Source: an uncultured Actinomycetes bacterium (GTDB taxonomy: Bacteria; Actinomycetota; Thermoleophilia; RBG-16-64-13). From it: 64,000 bases of DNA. The DNA is taken from NCBI GenBank assembly GCA_963706025.1, contig CAVPLM010000019.1:1-64000 (forward strand), in the 5' to 3' direction. Shown piece by piece: positions 39,093-50,409 of the stretch. The position numbers and the translations under genes were made by a program. Position 1 is the stretch's first letter. The number at the start of each line of letters is the position of its first letter. The notes under the pieces were generated by a model. That model was not told the origin of the DNA. It did not search any database and was given only the letters and a program-made list of their open reading frames with translations.

Positions 39093-39258
39093 GTCCGTAC
39101 CCTCGGGGCGCCCGAACGATCATGCGGCGTATAGGTCGTTGTGCACCGCGCAGCACCGCCCGAGTTCCGAGCTTGGGGAATCAAGTGCGCACTGGTTCGT
39201 GTCGATACGGGCACTGGGCATTGAAAGATGGTTGGACGAAGAGCCAAAAGGGAAAGCA

Positions 39259-40495
39259 ATGACAGAAATGCCTAGATGTAGATTCTGTGGACAACCACTC
39301 GAGGTGACCTTCGTCGACCTGGGAATGTCTCCTCTGTGCGAGAGCTTCTTGTCCGCCGATCGTCTGCACCAGATGGAGCCTTTCTATCCGTTGCATGTCT
39401 ACGTCTGCGCTTCTTGTTTCTTGGTCCAACTCGAGGAGCACGTCAGCCCAGAAGACATCTTCTCCGAGTACGCCTACTTCTCGTCGTATTCGACCAGCTG
39501 GTTGGAGCACTCCAAACGCTATGTGGACGAGATGGTAGAGCAGTTGGCGCTGACACCAGACTCCCAGGTCGTCGAGGTCGCAAGTAACGACGGCTACCTT
39601 CTCCAGTACTTTCTCCCCCACGGCATCGTTCCCCTCGGCATCGAACCTGCGGCCAACGTGGCCCGGGAGGCGGAGGCGAAGGGGGTCCACACACTGGTTG
39701 AGTTCTTCACCTCGGAGATGGCTCGAGCTCTAGTGCGGGAAGGGCGGGCAGCCGACCTGATCATCGGCAACAACGTTCTGGCCCAAGTTCCCAACCTCCG
39801 GGACTTCGTGGAGGGTCTAAGTATCCTTTTGCGACCGGGCGGTGTGCTCACCCTCGAGTTCCCCCACATCCTCCGCCTTATGGACGAGAGACCAATTCGA
39901 CACCATCTACCACGAGCACTTTTCGTACTTCTCCTTCCTCACCGCCGAACGGATTCTTGGGTCATACGGTCTGCAGGTCTACGATGTCGAGGAACTGACC
40001 ACGCACGGAGGCTCTCTGCGGCTCCACGCGCGGCGCGCGGAAGACCAGTCCCGGCCGGTGACATCGCGGGTGAACAGACTACGCGAACTTGAACTGGAGC
40101 GAGGACTTGGACATCTTGCTGGGTACAGCTCTTTCGCCCCCCGGGTGGAGAAGACGAAGCGCGAACTGCTCAAATTCCTCATCGACGCCAAGGAGAGCGG
40201 GAAGTCCGTCGTTGGCTACGGGGCGCCCGGCAAGGGCAATACGCTGCTCAACTACTGCGGAATCCGGACGGACTTGCTCGACTACACTGTCGATCGCAAC
40301 CCTCATAAGTGGGGCATGTACCTTCCGGGCACACACATCCCTATCTTTGCGCCAGACCGACTTGCGGAGACCCGGCCGGATTATGTCTTGATCCTGCCCT
40401 GGAACTTGAAGGAAGAGATCACTGCTCAGCTGGAGTACGTAGGGTCGTGGGGTGGCCGCTTGGTCGTCCCCATACCGGAGGTGCAGGTGCTTTGA
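39259..40495 (+). CDS. SAM-dependent NDP-hexose C-methyltransferase (frameshift near 39888)
   Basis: Zn motif CRFC...CASC, EVASNDG, DTIYHEH, THGGSLR, YGAPGKGNT, ILPWN. Confidence 0.88.
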
Positions 40496-41271
40496 AAGTC
40501 GTTCTTTTCTGCGGGGGGCGTGGCACCCGGCTCAATGGACCCGGAGGAGACGTACCCAAACCGATGTTGGCGATCGGCTACCGGCCGATCTTGTGGCACG
40601 TCATGAAGTACTATGCGCACTTCGGGCACAAGGATTTCGTCCTCTGCCTGGGTCACCGGGCAGACGCCATCAAGGACTACTTTCTCCACTATGACGAGGC
40701 GATCTCCAACGATTTCGTCCTGAGCGACGGTGGGCGGCAGGTGCGGCTGATGAACAGCGACATCGATGACTGGACCATCACCTTTGTGGATACAGGTCTG
40801 CAGGCGAGCATCGGCGAGCGCCTGAAAGCGGTAGAACCCTATGTCGAGGGAGATGAGTACTTCCTCGCCAACTACAGTGACGGGTTGACCGACCTCGATC
40901 TCAACAGTTATATCGAGCAGACGCAGCGCCAGGACAGAGTGATGACTCTTCTCGCTGTGCGCCCGGAGCTCACCTTGCATACAGTCTCCTCAAACGACTC
41001 GGGGTTTGTTGAGGCGATCAGACCCATGAGCGAGACCGATCTGTGGATAAACGGGGGCTATTTCCTCTGTAAGCAGGAGGTCTTTGGCTATCTCCATATG
41101 GGCGAGGACCTGGTCGGACCCACATTCGAACGGTTGATCGCTGACGGGGAGCTCTTGGCCTTCAGGTATCCTGGATTCTTCAAGGCTATGGACACGTTCC
41201 GCGATAAACAGGAGCTTGAAGAGTTGTGGGCGGGGGGACGTGCCCCCTGGGAGGTCTGGAAGTGCGCTTGA
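40492..41271 (+). CDS. rfbF: Glucose-1-phosphate cytidylyltransferase (RfbF-like)
   Basis: FCGGRGTR, PKPM, FVDTG, WINGGYF, MDTFRDK...APWEVW. TTG start overlaps the upstream stop. Confidence 0.82.
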   Translation: MKVVLFCGGRGTRLNGPGGDVPKPMLAIGYRPILWHVMKYYAHFGHKDFVLCLGHRADAIKDYFLHYDEAISNDFVLSDGGRQVRLMNSDIDDWTITFVDTGLQASIGERLKAVEPYVEGDEYFLANYSDGLTDLDLNSYIEQTQRQDRVMTLLAVRPELTLHTVSSNDSGFVEAIRPMSETDLWINGGYFLCKQEVFGYLHMGEDLVGPTFERLIADGELLAFRYPGFFKAMDTFRDKQELEELWAGGRAPWEVWKCA

Positions 41272-41898
41272 TCGGTCTGCGCAGCGTGCTGTGCCTGGGC
41301 GCCCACGCCGATGACATAGAAATCGGCTGTGGCGGGACCGTCATTCGTTTGTTGGAGGAGAATCCCGAACTCGAGGTCCATTGGGTCGTTTTGAGCGCTC
41401 CCGGCGAGCGAGCGCAAGAGGCCCGGGGCAGCGCAGATCTGTTTCTGGCGGGTTCGGGACTCGCCGATGTGCGGGTTGCCGATTTCCGGGAGAGCTACTT
41501 TCCCTATGTAGGCGAGGAGGTGAAGGCGTACGTCGACCGCCTCCGTTCCGAACTCGAGCCGGAGGTGATCTTCACCCATTGGCGCGGAGATTTCCACCAG
41601 GACCACCGGCTCGTGGGAGAGTTGACGTGGAATTCGTTCCGCAGCCACCTCATATTGGAGTACGAGATTCCCGAAATGGGACGGCGACATGGGTCGCCCA
41701 AATGTCTTCATGCCCCTCGAGCGAGCCTTCTGCAGTCAGAAGATCGACCATCTACTGGGAGCGTTCCCCTCGCAGATCGGCAAGGATTGGTTCGACGCCG
41801 AGTTGTTCTGGAGTCTGCTTAGGCTCCGCGGGATGGAGGCCCGTTCTTCGAGCGGCTACGCCGAGGCGTTCCACTGCCGCAAGCTGGTGTTGGGCTAG
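41262..41898 (+). CDS. PIG-L family deacetylase (frameshift near 41670)
   Basis: LGAHADDIEIGCGG, HQDH, YEIP(KWDGD), FPSQ, YAEAF. Confidence 0.85.
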
Positions 41899-41923
41899 AT
41901 CTGCTGCATCCGGAGGTAGCGAG

Positions 41924-42964
41924 GTGAAGGTACTAGTAACGGGGCACGATGGATACATCGGCAGCGTCATGGTGCCCGTTCTGCAGGCGGCCGGCCACGA
42001 GGTGGTGGGTCTCGACAACCGGCTGTTTCGCGAGTGCGGCTTTGGAGTGCCGGCGCCCCCTGTCCCGGCGCTGGACCTTGACCTGCGCGAGGTGCAGATC
42101 GACGATCTGCAGGGGTTCGACGCCGTCGTCCATCTGGCCGGGATCTCGAACGATCCTGTGGGCGATCTCAGCCCGACCTGCACCTACGACATCAATCACC
42201 TGGCTTCCGTGCGGCTCGCCGCTCTGGCGAAGCAGGCTCGGGTATCCCGCTTCCTGTTCTCTTCGTCTTGCAGTCTCTACGGCTCCGCCGGTGAGGACTA
42301 CGTTGATGAGAATGCCGGCTTCAATCCGGTTACCCCCTACGGCGAGTCCAAGATCCTGGTGGAGCAAGACGTATCCCTAATGACCGACGATGACTTCAGC
42401 CCGACCTTCTTGCGCAACGCCACGGCCTACGGGGTGTCGCCGCGGCTGCGGGCGGATCTGGTGGTCAACAATCTCACCGGCTTCGCCTTTCTTCAGGGTG
42501 AAGTGCTTCTCAGCAGCGACGGGACCCCGTGGCGTCCTCTGGTTCATATCGAAGACATCTCGCGCGCATTCCTAGCCTGTCTCGATGCGCCCCGCGAGGT
42601 TGTTCACAACCAGTCTTTCAACATCGGGCGCACGGAAGAGAACTATCAGATCCGCGACGTCGCGGAGATCGTGCGCGACGTCGTGCCGGGAAGTCGAGTC
42701 GCCTTCGGTGAAGGGGCAGCGGCCGATATTCGCGACTACCGTGTGGACTGCAGTAAACTTGCCCGGACATTTCCCCACGCCGTGCCCCGATGGACGGTAC
42801 GTCGTGGGGTCGAAGAACTCTACGAAGCCTATCAGCGGATCGGTCTGACCGCCGATGATTTCCGTGATCGCTACGTGCGCATCGCGCACATCAAGCGATT
42901 GATGGCCGAAGGTCGGCTGGATGACGGTCTGCGCTGGACGGCAAAGGTGGATGGCGAAGCATGA
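41924..42964 (+). CDS. NAD-dependent epimerase/dehydratase
   Basis: VTGHDGYIG, HLAGISNDP, SSCSLYG, YGESK, RNATAYG. Confidence 0.9.
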   Translation: MKVLVTGHDGYIGSVMVPVLQAAGHEVVGLDNRLFRECGFGVPAPPVPALDLDLREVQIDDLQGFDAVVHLAGISNDPVGDLSPTCTYDINHLASVRLAALAKQARVSRFLFSSSCSLYGSAGEDYVDENAGFNPVTPYGESKILVEQDVSLMTDDDFSPTFLRNATAYGVSPRLRADLVVNNLTGFAFLQGEVLLSSDGTPWRPLVHIEDISRAFLACLDAPREVVHNQSFNIGRTEENYQIRDVAEIVRDVVPGSRVAFGEGAAADIRDYRVDCSKLARTFPHAVPRWTVRRGVEELYEAYQRIGLTADDFRDRYVRIAHIKRLMAEGRLDDGLRWTAKVDGEA

Positions 42965-43539
42965 TCTTCACGGAGACGAAGCTGCAGGGCGCCTTTATCA
43001 TCGACATAAGGAGATTGGAGGACGATCGGGGGTTCTTTGCAAGGTCCTTTTGCCAGAACGAGTTCATGGAGCATGGGCTGAAGCCGGTCATCGCCCAGGC
43101 GAACATCGCGTATAACCACCGGGCCGGTACTGTGCGAGGCATGCATTTCCAGTACCCCCCGGCGGCTGAGACCAAGCTGGTGCGTTGCACGCGAGGGGCG
43201 GTCTCGGACATCATCGTGGACCTGCGACCAGAGAGCCCCACGTATCTCGAGCACATCACGGTCGAACTGAACGAGGAGAACCTTCGGGCACTCTACGTGC
43301 CCGAACGTTTCGCTCATGGTTATCAGGTACTCCGGGACGAGACCGAGGTCACCTATCAAGTGGGCGAATACTACACGCCCGACGCCGAAGGGGGTCTATC
43401 GTTCGACGATCCGCGTCTGGGACTTGAGTGGCCTCTCCCCGTCACGGAGATCTCAGCCAAAGATCGGGCGTGGCTGCCGCTGAGCCAGATAGAGGCAGGG
43501 CTCAAGAGCCGCATGAGTCTCCAGGGGGATCAAGCATGA
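42961..43539 (+). CDS. rfbC: NDP-4-keto-6-deoxysugar 3,5-epimerase (RmlC/RfbC family)
   Basis: DDRGFFAR, GTVRGMHFQ, KLVRC, DLRPESPT, FAHGY. Confidence 0.88.
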   Translation: MIFTETKLQGAFIIDIRRLEDDRGFFARSFCQNEFMEHGLKPVIAQANIAYNHRAGTVRGMHFQYPPAAETKLVRCTRGAVSDIIVDLRPESPTYLEHITVELNEENLRALYVPERFAHGYQVLRDETEVTYQVGEYYTPDAEGGLSFDDPRLGLEWPLPVTEISAKDRAWLPLSQIEAGLKSRMSLQGDQA

Positions 43540-44867
43540 TTCTGGTTGACACGGCGCTCAGGGCCCGCGAGGCAGCGGGCAATCCGATACGGGTGGGCAT
43601 AGTGGGCGCCGGTTTCATGGTCCAAGGGCTCACGAACCAGATTACGAACAGCGTCCCCGGCATGCGGGTGGTGGCCGTGCAGAATCGCCACGTGGAGAGG
43701 GCGGTCCACGTGCTTCGCTACACGGGCATCGAGGATCCCGTGGAGGTGACGACGCAGGGACAGCTGGAAGACGCGATCCGCTCCGGCAGACCGGCCTTTT
43801 CAGAGGATGCTCTTCTGTTGGCGAGATCGGAGCAGATCGATGTGCTGGCAGAAGTGACCGGGTCGGTCGAGTTCGGCGCGCGGGTTGTTCTTGAAGCTTT
43901 CGAGCACGGCAAAGACGTCGTGCTCATGAACGCCGAGTTGGACGCCACGATCGGGCCGATCCTGCAGATCTACGCGGAGAAGCACGGAGTCATTCTCTCC
44001 GCCTGCGACGGTGACGAGCCTGGGGTGCAGATGAATCTGTATCGCTGGGTCAAGGGTTTGGGTCTGACCCCGCGGGTTCTCGGGAACGTGAAGGGACTTC
44101 AGGACCCCTACAGAAACCCCACCACGCAGAAGGGCTTTGCCGAGCGTTGGGGCCAGAACCCGGCAATGGTGACCAGCTTCGCCGATGGGTCGAAGATCAG
44201 TTTTGAGCAGACCATCGTGGCGAACGCCACCGGGTTCAGGGTCAAATCACGAGGGATGTCCAGAGGCCTTGAGTACTCCGGCGACATCATGAAGATCGGC
44301 GAACTCTACGATGTGGAGGAATTGCGCGAACTTGGCGGCATAGTGGATTACGTGGTGGGCACACCGCTCACGAAAGTGTACTGCCTGGCAGAGCATCCGG
44401 ATGCGAAACAGCAGACATACCTGAATCTCTACAAGATGGGCGAGGGCCCGCTCTACCCCTTCTTCATACCCTACCACCTCGTCCACTTCGAGGTGCCCAA
44501 CGCAATAGCACGGGTAGCGTTGTTCCGTGACTCGGTCGCCCCGCCTCTTGCTGGACCTGTGGTCGAGGTATGTGCTTTGGCGAAGCGTGATCTTGCGGCG
44601 GGCGAGATTCTTGACGATTACGGCATGTACATGACCTATGGAGAAGCAGTCAACACCGATGAGATGAGCGAGAAGCGCTACCTGCCCGAGGGTCTCGTGG
44701 AGGGCTGCAAGCTTAGAAGAAGCGTCCGGAAGGACGACGTCATCACATACGACGACGTAGAGCTTCCGCCGGATCGGCTCGCCGACAAGCTACGCCTCGA
44801 GCAGTACCGTCGCTTCCGTGGTGAAGACTGGCTGGAGGAGTACCTGAGTCAGGATAGCAGATCATGA
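43536..44867 (+). CDS. NAD(P)-dependent oxidoreductase with C-terminal SAF domain (homoserine dehydrogenase-like)
   Basis: VGAGFM, MNAELD, GDEPG, SFADGSK, ANATG, PYHL, AKRDL...LPEGL. Confidence 0.82.
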   Translation: MILVDTALRAREAAGNPIRVGIVGAGFMVQGLTNQITNSVPGMRVVAVQNRHVERAVHVLRYTGIEDPVEVTTQGQLEDAIRSGRPAFSEDALLLARSEQIDVLAEVTGSVEFGARVVLEAFEHGKDVVLMNAELDATIGPILQIYAEKHGVILSACDGDEPGVQMNLYRWVKGLGLTPRVLGNVKGLQDPYRNPTTQKGFAERWGQNPAMVTSFADGSKISFEQTIVANATGFRVKSRGMSRGLEYSGDIMKIGELYDVEELRELGGIVDYVVGTPLTKVYCLAEHPDAKQQTYLNLYKMGEGPLYPFFIPYHLVHFEVPNAIARVALFRDSVAPPLAGPVVEVCALAKRDLAAGEILDDYGMYMTYGEAVNTDEMSEKRYLPEGLVEGCKLRRSVRKDDVITYDDVELPPDRLADKLRLEQYRRFRGEDWLEEYLSQDSRS

Positions 44868-45002
44868 TTCACCTACTCATGGAGAGCCCGCTCGGCACCC
44901 AGGCGCTCGACAATCGCCGGCACTTGCCCTGTCTGAGCGGCTAAGGTATCGGATTCTCCGACGGCGTCCAGAAAGGCAAGCGCGGTGCTGGCGCGAGAAT
45001 CG

Positions 45003-46345
45003 TCAAGCACCCGACCCGGGAGAGACCGGCTCTCTTGCCAATATGCGATGGATCAGGGCGAAGGAAATGAAGAGACATACTGTGCGGCCGATGAGCATGG
45101 CCTGCGGGAATGCGGCGAGATAGACTCCGTCCTCGATCAGCAAGAAGAGGCTACCTCCGTACACCGCTATGCCACTTAGGACGCCGATAAGGCGCAGGCG
45201 CTGCCGACGCCCGACACTGAAGAGCGCATAGGCCGATTCAAAGCAGCGTATGAAGCATATCGGAAGTGCCCACTGTATGGCGGGCACTGCATCCACGTAT
45301 TGCGGGACCAGCAACTGAGCGAGTGGTTCGACCAACCACCAAGCTATCAAGATCACCGGGATGACGGCGAGCGCCGTAGCAGCGATGGGCTTCGCTATTC
45401 CATGAGCCACTTCGCGTAGGCTTCGACCTCCTCCATACTGCTCGTTCATGCGAGGGTAGAGCACCTGACTGACGGCCCCTGGAATGGTCTGAACAGCGCT
45501 CATCGCCAGAACCACCATGGAATACAGACCCATCATTCGAGTGCCACCCAGCCTGAGAACCAGCGTCTGGTCGATCACCGCCCAGTAGGCGAAGATCTGA
45601 AAGACTAGGAACATCGGTAGACCGATCCGCAGAAGGTGCTTCAAGTTGTCCGTTTCCCAATTGGGACCCACTTTGACGGGCCGTCCACGGAAAGAAGGAA
45701 CACAGTCAGTGCACTGGCGAGGATGGCGCGAAGGCAGAGTCCATAGAAGTCCAGGGGCACCACCAACACGAGAAGTGCCACTAGGGCTATCTGTTGCGCC
45801 ACCCGCGCCTTGGCAAGCTTCGCGAAGTCGCGGGCAGTGCGGTAGGTAACCTGCAGGTAGTCGGTATAGAAGAGCAGGAAGGCTATGATGGCGTTGCTGA
45901 ACCAGCCGGCGGCCTCCAAAAGGTTGCCTTGAGCCAAGTGCCAACCGGCGACACCGAGCAACGCCGTGAAGACGACCCCTCCGACCATGAGGGTCCACGC
46001 TTGAGTGACGGCCGCCAACTCCTCAGCCCGGTGACGGTCGCCCTTGCCCACAAAGTAGGGGAGCTCCCTGCTCAGACCGGAGGAGACTCCCAGTCCAAGA
46101 AGGGCTGCGTAAGGCAGGATCAGGCCGATGCCGTTGAAGAGGCCGAGGGTGGCGGGGTCGACCAGACGTCCTATGATGAGTCCGCTGAACGCGCTGAGGA
46201 GTGTGGAGACGATGCCGCCACCCGCTAGGTATCCAACCGATCTTCTCGCGGTGATCGGCCGCTCTGTTTTGGTCTCAGTCTCGGCTGCGGCCTCCCCGCC
46301 TGCCGACGGGCGCCGTTTCAGCAGTCTGTTCTTGAAGGATCGCAA
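45003..46345 (-). CDS. Oligosaccharide flippase (Wzx-like; frameshift near 45690)
   Basis: Two multi-TM halves: RLVDPATLGLF...GLSRELPY and LKHLLRIGLP...MGLYS...QVLYPRM. Confidence 0.78.
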
Positions 46346-46733
46346 GAGAGGACGCTATCTGCTAACAGCCGTGTCAATGCCCCCACGACCGAGTGGCACC
46401 AGCCTGCGCGTTATGGGCGAGCACACTCGGCCAGCTTCTCGGGCCACGAGGCGCTGCTCCAGGTCAATTCGCCAGTCGCTCTTGCACACGGTGAACCTCG
46501 GTGAGATATACGCTCCGGGCCGAAAGATCAGACGCACGGCCTTCTCTTGGACGCGGAACCGTCAGATACTTCCAGGATCGACAGGAAACGAGCATATCTA
46601 AAGGCAGCCTGATTTGTCGATGGATTTCTTGTGAGAATGCAGGGAGTAGCCCAACTGCGCCGTATAGAAGCGTTATCGTCCCGAAATTGGAGGTCAAGCA
46701 CGTGCTCAGGATCCAGAGAGTCGGTGACCGTCC

Positions 46734-48306
46734 GTGAGGGCGCAAGCAGGCTCGACCGCAGCGAGCATGCAGCGGCCGTCTGAGCTTTCACGGCGCCTCG
46801 ATCCTTCCCAGCTGCTCGGTCATTTTGTGGTGGGCCGCTCGTTGCCACTCGAGCCGCCTGGATGGCATCGCCGACAGCTGGACGGGTGGACTCTGGTGCA
46901 CGAGCCGCGCCTCCCGGTCCAGGAGCTTCTGGACTCGGCTGGGGCTGAGATCGGTTGGCTGCTCGGACACGCGATCGACCTCCAGTCGGGGACACTGGTC
47001 GCGAGCTCGCTCCGAACTCCGCTGCAACGCGACGCCGGCGAGGTCGATCGCGACTTCGAGGACTGGCTCTACCTGCTTGGGGGCCGGTTTGCAGCGATCA
47101 TCCTCCATCCGAAGCCGGTCCTGTATCCGGATGCCGTAGGCGGGTTACCGGTGCTGTTCGATGCCGAGCTTCAGTGTGCGGCATCCTCTCCGTTCCTCCT
47201 CTGCTCCCCGGAGGGGACGGTGCCCGACTCGCCCCTCGTCGACGAGATTGCCGTGTTCGAGGGCTGGAGGTGGTTCGCACTCGGAACGACGTCCCATGCT
47301 CGGGCGGATCTTCTGCTGCCGAACCACGTACTCGACCTCGCTCGTTGGGAACAGTCCCGAACCTGGCCGCCGGCATCGTTCGACTACGATGACCCCGGGC
47401 CCCTGGTCGAGGTTGTCGCGACCACGCTGGAGAAGACTCTCGCCGCGGTGGCGGCGGTTGGGCACCCCAACGTGGGCCTGACCGCCGGGGGCGATTCTCG
47501 GTCGCTTGTCGCGTGCTCACGAGGGGTACTCGATCGAATGCGTTTTTTTACCGTGGCGCAACCGGATGGGCTCGGGACTATGGACCTGGCCACGGCGCCT
47601 GCCCTCGCCAAGCGGTTCGGTCTCGAGTACCGGGTTCTTCCCTGGCTCGAGCCATCGACAGCCGATATCGAGCTCTTTCATGTACCGTACGGGGTGTCTC
47701 ATCGGAGAGCCTCGCGGGCGAAAGGCGATACGGAGCTACAATCAGCTCGGAGGCGGCGAGGTCTACGTGTCGGCTATGGGCTCGGAGATAGCGCGGGGGA
47801 CGGGCTGGCGGCGCGGCGACGACCCAAGCGTGCGGCTCGAGCCGGAGGGCTTGCTGAGGCGTTTCGATTTCAGTCAGCAACCCGAGTTTCTCCGCCGCGC
47901 GAGTGATTGGCTTGCCGCCCTTCCAGAGGGGCTCAACGCGCTCGATGCCATGACGCTTTTTGACCAGGAGATGGTGTGGGGCGCATGGGGCGGCCCCCTG
48001 ACGTTGGGCTACCCGGACGCCTACAGCTTCACGCTGTACCCATACGGACATCGTGCCATCTTGGACGCCATGCTTCGTCTTCCCTGGCAGTACCGCCAAT
48101 CGGTACGCCTCCGCGAGGACATAATGGCCTCTCGCTGGAAGGAGTTGCTCGAAGTTCCGATCAACCGGCGACCTTTCCGGGTGGCCGTTCGAAAGAAAGC
48201 TCACAGGCCGGTGATGCTGGCCAAGGCCGGCCTCTCGTGGAAGGCTTGGAACAGGCTGCTCCTGAGGGCTCGAAGCGGCTCAGAGCGTCCACCGTCGGGA
48301 CGTTGA
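46734..48306 (+). CDS. Asparagine synthetase-like (PP-loop) protein (frameshift near 47677)
   Basis: GGRF...DAVGGLPV..LLPNH N-terminal region, LTAGGDSR, GSEIARG, terminal WKELLEVPIN. Confidence 0.6.
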
Positions 48307-48347
48307 CGAAGGGCGGTCCTTTCTCCCTTCAGCCCTGCAGGCGGTGA

Positions 48348-49214
48348 CTATCTACGGGCTACGGGCAGCGGCCGGCGGTGCAGGCCGCTCAACTTGAGGC
48401 CGAGGTAGCTGTGGTCGGCCTGATAGATGCCGACCCTAGGCAGCTCGAAACGATGCATTCCCAGCCCGATCGAGTCGATCACGAACGCGGCGGCGTATCC
48501 GGCCGCCTCGGTCTGACCCGCCACCCGCGCGTCATATGTGCCTCGGGGGTAGGCGAAATAATCGACCGCGCCACCCGTCAGATCCTGGAGGAAGGACTTC
48601 GATTCCCGCAATTCTCGTGTCAATTCGGCGTCGGCACATTCAGTGAGGACGCTGTGGGTCACACCGTGGGAACCGACGGTGACCAAGGGGTCGGCAGCGC
48701 ACGTCAGTAGCTCTTCAGCGCTCAGCCCATCGTACCAGTCGCGGGCTACGGCTTCGGGGACGCTATCCAGGCTTCCCCAGACGTGCTCCGCCTGCCGGCG
48801 CACAAACCCTAGCCAGTCGCGAGGATCGGCAACGTGCTGGGTGCTGACGAAGAACAGCGCCGGGCACCCGAACGACCGCAGTACGGGCAGAGCGTTGTAG
48901 AAGTTGTTTGCGAACCCGTCATCGAAGGTGAGGAGCACGCCGGGTCTGTCGCCGACAAGGTACTGTTCGGGGGTGAGGAAGGCGAACCTATCCCTAAGCC
49001 ACTCGAGCAGGATCGCCAGTTCGTCCACCGTGAAGTGCGGTTGGGCCTGACGATCGATCCCGGGCAGACGGTGCGAGGAGACCCCGTGGAGCAGGAGGGC
49101 GAAGCGTCCGTTGCGTACCAGGGTCTTGGATGCGAGAGCGGTGAAGCCCGTAGCCCACATGAGCCAGGCGGCCGTGTCGCGAGCACGGCCCTGTTTGCCC
49201 TTGACCCCTGTCAC
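48348..49214 (-). CDS. Polysaccharide deacetylase (CE4/NodB)
   Basis: LTFDDG, GSHGVTH, FAYPRG, LPRV. Confidence 0.88.
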   Translation of the reverse strand: MTGVKGKQGRARDTAAWLMWATGFTALASKTLVRNGRFALLLHGVSSHRLPGIDRQAQPHFTVDELAILLEWLRDRFAFLTPEQYLVGDRPGVLLTFDDGFANNFYNALPVLRSFGCPALFFVSTQHVADPRDWLGFVRRQAEHVWGSLDSVPEAVARDWYDGLSAEELLTCAADPLVTVGSHGVTHSVLTECADAELTRELRESKSFLQDLTGGAVDYFAYPRGTYDARVAGQTEAAGYAAAFVIDSIGLGMHRFELPRVGIYQADHSYLGLKLSGLHRRPLPVARR

Positions 49215-50353
49215 GGTCGCCTGCCCAGGTGCATCAGATCGATGTAGGCTCTCACGGCCCTGTCCGTGCTGAAGTGTTTCGCCTGGCGTCGCAGGACATC
49301 ACGGTCGCGGTCGACTGCCAGTTCCTGCAGGATAGCCTGCGCCAGACCCTCAACGTCATCGGGGGGTGTCAGCGTCCCCACCTGCCCGCACCCGCAAGCA
49401 GAAGCAGCAAGGATCTCCCGCGGCCCGTGCGGGCAGTCGGTCGAAACCACCGGCAGACCGCAGGCCATCGCCTCGATCAGGGCGTTCGGAAGACCTTCCC
49501 AGGCGGAGGAGAGGACAAAGAGGTCGGCTCGTGCCATGTAGGCATAGGGGTTCTCGGCAAACCCGGGCAGCGACACGAAGGCCTCCGCTCCCAACTCCTG
49601 CACCAGGGCCTTCAGACTCGCTCGTTCTTCGCCGTCTCCCAGGATGACTAGGCGGAGGGGCCGCTGTCGCCTGGCGGCGGACACGGCCCGCACCAGTAGA
49701 TCATAGTGCTTAGGGACACTCAAGCGGCCCACGGAGAGGATGATGGGGGGTCCCCCGTCGCCAAACCAGGGATGGGAAACAGGCTCCTGCATAAGGGGGA
49801 CCATCTCATCGCTGCAGGCGGGGTTGTAGATCACCCGGACCAGGGAGCGCGGCACCCCCACGTGTCCGACAAGATCGTCCGCCGCTCCCCGGGAGTTCGC
49901 TACGACGACATCGGCGCGCGGATAGAACGCTCGGGCGAGAGCGAAGATCACGCGGTCGCGCGCCTGCCCCGAGTTGGCCGCGGCCATACTCATGGTGGTG
50001 GCTTCCCTCAAGATCAGTTGCGGCGACCTGGCCGCCAGAGAGCGGGCCCAGACGGCGACAAGGTTCGCGTAGTGGAGCGTGGAGATAACGACATCCGGGT
50101 TCGCCTTATCGATATAGTGGGCAAGCGGCCCGGTGCTGGTAAGAACGCGCCGGCACTCGAGGTCGACCACCCGGACGGTCGTGGGCAATGCCTGTAGATT
50201 GGGGCCGCTCGCGCTGGCCAGCACCAGATCCACCGCAAGCCCGGCATCGGCGAGGCCGATCGCAAGCCTTCTGAACATCTTCTCCGCTCCACCCCAGGTC
50301 ATCGAGGGAGCGAACAGCGCTACCTTCACCGGCCCGGCGGACCTGGTGGTCAC
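49211..50353 (-). CDS. Glycosyltransferase family 4
   Basis: GGAEK, VGRLSVPK, FVLSSAWEGLPNALIEAMACG, DCPHGPREI. Start estimated. Confidence 0.9.
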   Translation of the reverse strand: MTTRSAGPVKVALFAPSMTWGGAEKMFRRLAIGLADAGLAVDLVLASASGPNLQALPTTVRVVDLECRRVLTSTGPLAHYIDKANPDVVISTLHYANLVAVWARSLAARSPQLILREATTMSMAAANSGQARDRVIFALARAFYPRADVVVANSRGAADDLVGHVGVPRSLVRVIYNPACSDEMVPLMQEPVSHPWFGDGGPPIILSVGRLSVPKHYDLLVRAVSAARRQRPLRLVILGDGEERASLKALVQELGAEAFVSLPGFAENPYAYMARADLFVLSSAWEGLPNALIEAMACGLPVVSTDCPHGPREILAASACGCGQVGTLTPPDDVEGLAQAILQELAVDRDRDVLRRQAKHFSTDRAVRAYIDLMHLGRRP

Positions 50354-50409
50354 GCGCCGTCGGTACCCGGCGCCTGGGCCGGGGGCGGGCGGCAACCGGG
50401 GGTCCTCTT

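Noticed and set aside
41381-42964. Apparent long or fused ORFs (41381..42964, 51488..52855, 53975..55780, 49211..50650)
   Set aside because: They arise from upstream in-frame extension or frameshift read-through between adjacent genes, not from real fusions.
46600-46730. GGGAGTAGC as a possible yybP-ykoY riboswitch start
   Set aside because: Only a short match, with no other conserved elements or fitting downstream gene.
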